Below are positions 57,847-64,000 of a stretch of DNA of 64,000 nt, piece after piece; position 1 is the first letter of the stretch; every line of letters starts with the position of its first letter. The stretch is from positions 310,001 through 374,000 of the forward strand of contig NIVC01000738.1 in assembly GCA_002269645.1 (NCBI GenBank), read 5' to 3'. Source of the stretch: Macrostomum lignano. Lineage: Eukaryota. Under the pieces are notes generated by a model. It was not told where the DNA came from. It saw only the letters and a program-made list of their open reading frames with translations, and did not search any database. The position numbers were made by a program, and so were the translations under genes.

Positions 57847-58692
57847 AGGGAGAGGAGATTATTGAGAAGGGAACTGAGAAGAGGCACAAACCTTGAGCGG
57901 GCCGGGTTGCTTTTGTAAAGTCAGCCTGCAGCTGTAACTGTCTGGAAATGGGGGTCTGAGCAAGATTTGTTTCTGAGACTCCTTCACCCTACCTGCCTAA
58001 GAATCAAATGCTCTGCGTCCAGCTCCAGCTCGCCAGTCACAGCCTCTCCCCGCCTCTTCATCCAGCGCGGGCTGCAGCTTGTCCGGGCACGCTTTGTGAG
58101 CTCTGCTCAATCATAGCGCCCACCTCAGCTCTTTTTTGTAAATGCAGAACAGCAGCTGAGGCGCGGAGAATCGCATATAAGCAGAAGTATTTCTTTCTAG
58201 CCACGTCTTTCCGAGAGTTCTGTTTTTCAACGCTTTCTTGCCCACTAGAAAGCTCTGAGCTTGCTTAAACGTCCACATTTTCCGGCCTATCTCGATACGC
58301 ATTCAGTAGGTCTAAATTTTTCTTCAGTAAAAAAGGCATTAAGGTGAGTCGCATCCAAAGCTATTTTTATCTGTTCATTTATTATTTGTTATCTGCCAAA
58401 ATTGTTTGACTTTGGCTCGCTTTCGAGCGAGTCAGTTTCGAGTCGTAACAATAATGTTTTTGTTATTATTTAGCTAGCTATATTGCCATTTGTCAATCAA
58501 ATATATGCCAATCGTATTAGCTTGATTCTAGACGGACATATTCTATAAATTGATCTAGGTAAATTACGTAGCGCGAATAATAACTATGTTAGGTGGCTTG
58601 TCTTAGTACTACCAGTACTACCAGTACTATTAGTAACCACAGTAGTTATTGTGCTATGCCCATAGCGTCTATATCCAACTAGCCGTTATCAT

Positions 58693-58959
<267 letters not shown>

Positions 58960-61427
58960 AGGGGGGGGAGGTAAAGCCAAAATATTTTTGATTTCAATTT
59001 ATCAATTCGCACCCAGCAATACTCAGTCTGCAAGAGGTTGTTCTGTCAGTGCAACCGATAACTCTATTGATTGGGTAGGGAAGCCAACAAAGAGTCTTAT
59101 TTCCTCCTTATGCGTTTGTTTCCAGTATTCGTGTAGTTTTGAAGCGAAAATAAATATTAATGCGTTTCGTCTACCGTCTATGGTATCTTTCCGTGGCCTA
59201 ATGACTTTATATACAGTAATTTTCTAGACCATAGGCAGCCTACGCTCGTTATGGGGAAACACTAGCCAATGACTCATCTGCAGTCGGGATGAGCGCCTTA
59301 GGCGCGAGTCGTGTTGTGTATACCATCATGCACCCTGATTGCACAAGAATATATCATTGCTAGGCCATACGATCGTATAGCAATGATTTTCAGTGTATAT
59401 GTATTTTTAGCAGGAGTGATGATACGAGCGTAGTGATAGCCAAATCCTATTTAATTACACAGAGGACAAATACACTGTAGTCTATAGTAAAAAGTTCCGT
59501 TTTTTCACCCCAGGCGAGAAATAAGTATAAGTATAAGAACCGAGTGCTCAGCCGGGGGGTTGGACCAGAGAAGTGAAGAAACGGAAAGAATTTATTTCTT
59601 AATCGTTTGGTTGGTCGGTTGGTCGACTTTGACTGCGCCAATCAGATATCAAAGGTCAATTGGAAGTTGTTGGTAGGCCAAGCCAAAGGCAGATCAAATG
59701 GAGAGTCAGGGTTAAGCCATTGCTTAAAGGGAGGTTTCGATACCAAGGTTCCCCGGAGATGATGGTATCTTAGGCCAGATAGCTGGCTTTCAGGGATGAT
59801 GCTTTTTTCTTAGGATTTCTTTAGAAAATACGAGTACATGCATAATTTTCCTTAGGATACTAGCAATGCAGGGTGAAAACCACTTGAACTTTTTAAAGTT
59901 TTTCAGCTAAAAACTTCTTTTGTAGCCCAGAAGGCATCATAAGGCCATTTTAACTCTCATTGGAGTTCAACTGCCACAGCCCAGCCCAGAACCGCCCAGG
60001 CCGTATGGAAACAGGCTGCGCGAACTGAAAAACTGGACAATCTCTCGGGCTTTCGGGCTGGTACTCATGACGATCCGTTTCATCATGACTACCGAAACTT
60101 TAAAGCGCTTAAAGATTCCTGCGCTAATGTCCTTGATTAGCTTCGTTCATTATTTCGTCTAGAATAGCAGTTCGCACATCAATGGAATCGGAAATCATGG
60201 TGGATCCTTTTCTCTGTGGTGGTCCACCTCCAACGTCGTAGGTGCTCGTCAGAAATATGGTCATCTAGAGCGTTCCAGTATATATAGAAATGCGGCATTG
60301 GTGGGCTTCGGATTCGGTGCGCAGATCATATACGAGTATTTATTTTAAGCGGTAAAACAGTGGGCGCAATTTTCATCCGTATTACTGTGGTGCAACATAA
60401 AAGATCAAGGAGGTACTCATCATCTCCTACGTAAATGTCACTTTAAAACATTTCTTCTTTTCACTTTCTGCCTTGGCTTTTGCCTCTCCTGCGCTAAACG
60501 TACTGTGGAAAGCTGAAGAGGCACTCTTTAGTTCCCAACATTTGTATGAACGTTTTGGACTCATTCCTAGATGAGTCAGAGTGCTCAAAGCCTGATTTAC
60601 GACTGTAGATATATGCTCCCAGGAGAGCAACAGTAAAGGCAACAAGGACATTCGGCAAAGCGTCTGTTGGTTTTTCACCATCTGAAACGTTGAGTGTTCG
60701 TTTTATTTGAGTTTGAGTCATTTGAGTTAAATTTTTTTTAAGAGCAAACTTTATAGCACAGACGGACGGACGGACGGACAGATGAGGGGACAAAGTGCGG
60801 CTTCGTCATCCGAGCTCTAAATACGAGCTAAGATGAATAAAGTGGAGCAGCGCTATGAAGGATTTTGTGAAAAAATCGCATTTTTAGCAGCTTTTGCGCT
60901 GTAGGTAAGAAGACTTGAATTTAGGAAATTTTAAGGTAGCTTAAAGCGTTCTCTGTAGTGAGTTTAGAGTGGTTGAGCGCTGTGGGACTGTGCTGAGTCC
61001 TTGGGTAATGAGTTAGTAATCTTCAAGCTTTTGAACCTCAAAGATGTCATGTAAAATATTCATAAAAATTAAATCTTTTTTGAGCGTAGTTCACCACACC
61101 ACTTGTAAGCATTTTCTGTGTTAGTTTAAAAAATTTAGCTAATTGCTTCAGAACCACTTTTAGCTGAGTCTCTGTGAAACCAAAGAATGTCGATCATGTC
61201 TCCGCACACGTCTTCCACTGCGAAGAAACAAGACGCTGAACATTTGGGCTTTTCCATGCGGTGTAACCTCTTGAAGAAATTCAAAATCTTCATCCTATTT
61301 CGCTCTGTTGACAAGTTACTCTGCCACTCCATTTGTACCGCCCAGATTTTGAAATCGTTAAACAGTGAAGAGTTCGCTGTAGCACACTAGAGAGAGAGAG
61401 AGAGGGAAAGAGAGAGGGAAAGAGAGA

Positions 61428-61490
<63 letters not shown>

Positions 61491-61499
61491 AGATCTAGT

Positions 61500-62152
61500 G
61501 TCTAAATGCACAAACTCCCACTTCTAGACCGCAAGTCTGGGAATAGAATTTAATGATCACTTACTATTGCGGGTTCCTTGTCTTATCGGGCAGATTCTTC
61601 GAGCTCATCTTCTCACAGTATTCTTCCTCCGGAGTTGTCTTCTTGAATTCTGAAGTCGGCCGAGTATGAGAGCTTAACAATTTAATCCCTCGGCGTCAAT
61701 GTATTCCTCTCTTTGTTATTATTAGAGATGCGCTCTAATAACAAAGTCAAGTCTGTAACAATAACGAAATCCTCCAGAAGGGTGTCTTCTTCTAGAAATA
61801 ACAGAATCAGTCTTGTGCCCTTATCTGTTACCCTAGGGTACCTAATCAATCAATCGATAATCGTCTAAGAGCACCGGAATCGTTACGCAGATCCTATCCA
61901 ATCCCTTAGGAATAGGGAGGCCTCAAATTCAATAACTTCATAGAAATCAACTGATCAGTAACGGACGGCAATAACATAGCTCTTAATCATCAAATAGCAA
62001 AGACTCCAACAAAGGTTTACCGATTGGTTTACTTCTCCCTCGGAGATATAGCCTCTTTTGGCTGCTCTACCAAAGCTCAAGATCTCTTGAGGCTGCTCCG
62101 GAGTCTGAGATTTCAGCTAGGATTTTGGCTTGTATTTATAGGCAAATTTTGC
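61500..62152 (-). repeat. Diverged ~650-bp direct repeat, copy 1
   Basis: Colinear blocks shared with 63245-63897, for example cgcagatcctatccaatcccttaggaa and gtctgagatttcagct. Confidence 0.85.
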
Positions 62153-62578
62153 GAAGCCAAGGTCATTTCGATGAGGTAACGAGTTCACGAAATGGGAATT
62201 GGACCCTTTAAAAGTTGAATAGGATTTTAGCGAATAAATCAATTTTGGATATCATTTACCATATTTGGTAGTTCAAAATTAAATGTTGCGAAATAGCCAT
62301 TCACTGTTTTCGTGATGTTACTAAAATAGTGTGACCACGCGGAATTTAAATTTTTGGGTTTTGTGCATTTTTATCTTACTACTTCTAGTAGTGTGCTTGT
62401 ACTGTATTTTGGAGATTCTCTGCAATATCTTCCTTTTTACAAGAGGTAATTTCTCAATTACAAATTTAAACAATTTGTCGGAAGGTAATGTAGTGAGTAG
62501 TATAATAAGGTTCATATAACAAGTGTATTTTTTATGCAGTCAGCTTTTAGTGTTAAAATGGATAAATAAAGATTTTCA

Positions 62579-63205
62579 TTAAAAAACCGCTGGAACAGTC
62601 GTTGCACGCTTGTCATTTTTAGGTGTTGCAGAGGCATGAAGCTTGTGTCTTTCGTTGCCTCTAAGAGGTGGTAGTACACCTCCTCCGGTGTCATTTGATG
62701 GTCGGCCAGGGTGCACCGTCGTCCGACGGCCAGGAGCTGTCGCCGCGCCTCGTGCAGACTGGTAGATATCAAATGGGATCTCGGGGTTGTGAAATTTCGG
62801 TATTATGCAATAGGTCGCGTGGATTTTTGAAAATATGAAATTTCGGGTTTGTGAAATTTTGGTTTCTGAAAGCGCCGGCCAGTCTTGCACGTTGGAGGCT
62901 ATCTCTTGCACCGTCAGGTCCTCCAATTTCTTGAGGCACAGTTCCGGCTGTTCCAGCATCAGTCGGTTTAGATCGGCCGTCGCTTGTTCCAGTGGCTCCA
63001 AGCAGGTGGGGCAGTGGTGGATGCTCCGTCGTGCGAGCCTCTGCAGGCAGGTGAAGCAACCCCAGTGTCGGGAGCTGCACAGCTTCACCTGCGGGTCGTC
63101 TCCGCAGAGGCTGCAGCTTATTAACGGGTCCCTGCAAAGTGATAACTTTTTTATAAGGCCCGTGTCATTGCATGGGAAGCACACCCTATGCCCATACTGG
63201 CACAT
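62579..63205 (-). CDS. RING-finger (C3HC4-like) protein, probably spliced or frameshifted into the ORF ending at 62512
   Basis: CSLC-x9-CSSRH-x2-CFTC-x11-CPTC at ~63115-63002, preceded by a half-RING CQYGHRVCFPC. A possible acceptor (taccag) lies near 62761. Confidence 0.65.
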   Translation of the reverse strand: MCQYGHRVCFPCNDTGLIKKLSLCRDPLISCSLCGDDPQVKLCSSRHWGCFTCLQRLARRSIHHCPTCLEPLEQATADLNRLMLEQPELCLKKLEDLTVQEIASNVQDWPALSETKISQTRNFIFSKIHATYCIIPKFHNPEIPFDIYQSARGAATAPGRRTTVHPGRPSNDTGGGVLPPLRGNERHKLHASATPKNDKRATTVPAVF

Positions 63206-63244
63206 GGGCCTTTGGTATGAAGAGTTTTATCGGGTGGTGATCAG

Positions 63245-63897
63245 TCACCCAAAAACTTCCACTTCCAGACGGTAAGCCTGGGAACAAAATTCAGTGATCA
63301 CTTACTGTTTCGGGCTCCTCTTCTTTGTTGGGCAGGTTCTCCGAGCTTGTTTCTTCAAGGCGCCTTCCTCCGGAGTAGTCTTCTTGGGTTCTAGAATCGG
63401 CCGAAAGTGAAAGACAATTTAATCCGTAGACGTCGCAGTCTTCCTCGAGTGCGGAAATCAAGATCAAGATGCGACCTAACACAAAATCAACCCTATAACA
63501 ATATCGAAGTCCTCCAGAAAGGGCGTCTTCTTCTAGAAATAACGGAATCGGAGTCGTGTGCTCCTATCGGTTAATCTAGGGAAACAAAATCAATCAATCA
63601 ATAATCCTCTAAGGGTATCGGAATCGGTCCGCAGATCCTATCCAATCCCTTAGGAAACGGAAGGCCTCAAACTCAATAGACTCAGTAACTCAACTGATTA
63701 GTAACGGCCGGCAATAACAAAGCTCTCTCAATAATCAAACAACGAAGACTTGAACAAAGGCTTACCAATTGGTATTTATCTCCCTCAGAGATATAGCCTC
63801 GCTCTGCTGCTTTAGCAAAGCTCGAGATGTTTTGAGGCTGCTCCGAGTCTGAGATTTCAGCTCGGATTTTGATTTGTATTTATCGGCAAGTTTTCGG
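63245..63897 (-). repeat. Diverged ~650-bp direct repeat, copy 2
   Basis: See copy 1. Confidence 0.85.
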
Positions 63898-64000
63898 TAT
63901 ATTAATAGTAAAATGATTTCTCTTTCATCATAAGTCGCAACATGATTCATATTTTGATGTGTTTCTTATTACCAGTCCTCAACTGTAATCAAGGAACAGT

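Noticed and set aside
59650-60130. Coding-like minus-strand stretch with multiple stops
   Set aside because: No recognisable family motif, so a pseudogene call cannot be supported.

Overview
This window is eukaryotic (metazoan) genomic DNA. It has GC-rich spliced exons, GT-AG introns packed with minisatellites, and many transposon relics. The style suggests a repeat-rich invertebrate such as the flatworm Macrostomum, which is an inference only. Host genes are an SLC5/SGLT-type sodium:solute symporter (5' partial, 10 exons), serine racemase (minus strand), MAP2K7/MKK7 (5' partial), a GT32 DXD glycosyltransferase, two intronless tRNA-Ile(UAU) genes and a pair of divergent paralogous orphan ORFs. 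The main feature is an 11,037-bp Polinton/Maverick (adintovirus-like) element at 12283-23319. It has AGTAGTAG...CTACTACT termini, long TIRs and a perfect 6-bp target-site duplication (AATCAT). It carries an integrase interrupted by a 106-nt spliceosomal intron, minor and major capsid proteins, an adenain-like protease, an A32/FtsK-like packaging ATPase and a DEDD-like nuclease. Its protein-primed PolB survives only as a deleted remnant with stops. Unusually, it also carries an intact TATA-binding-protein (TBP)-like gene and a PC4-like gene, each preceded by a TATA-like box, which could form a small element-encoded transcription module. The rest of the window holds Tc1/mariner relics, MITEs with clear TSDs, an RTE LINE, an RNase H LINE fragment, a Penelope fragment, a fold-back element and a RING-finger cassette between two diverged direct repeats. 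All assignments come from reading motifs by eye; no searches were run.
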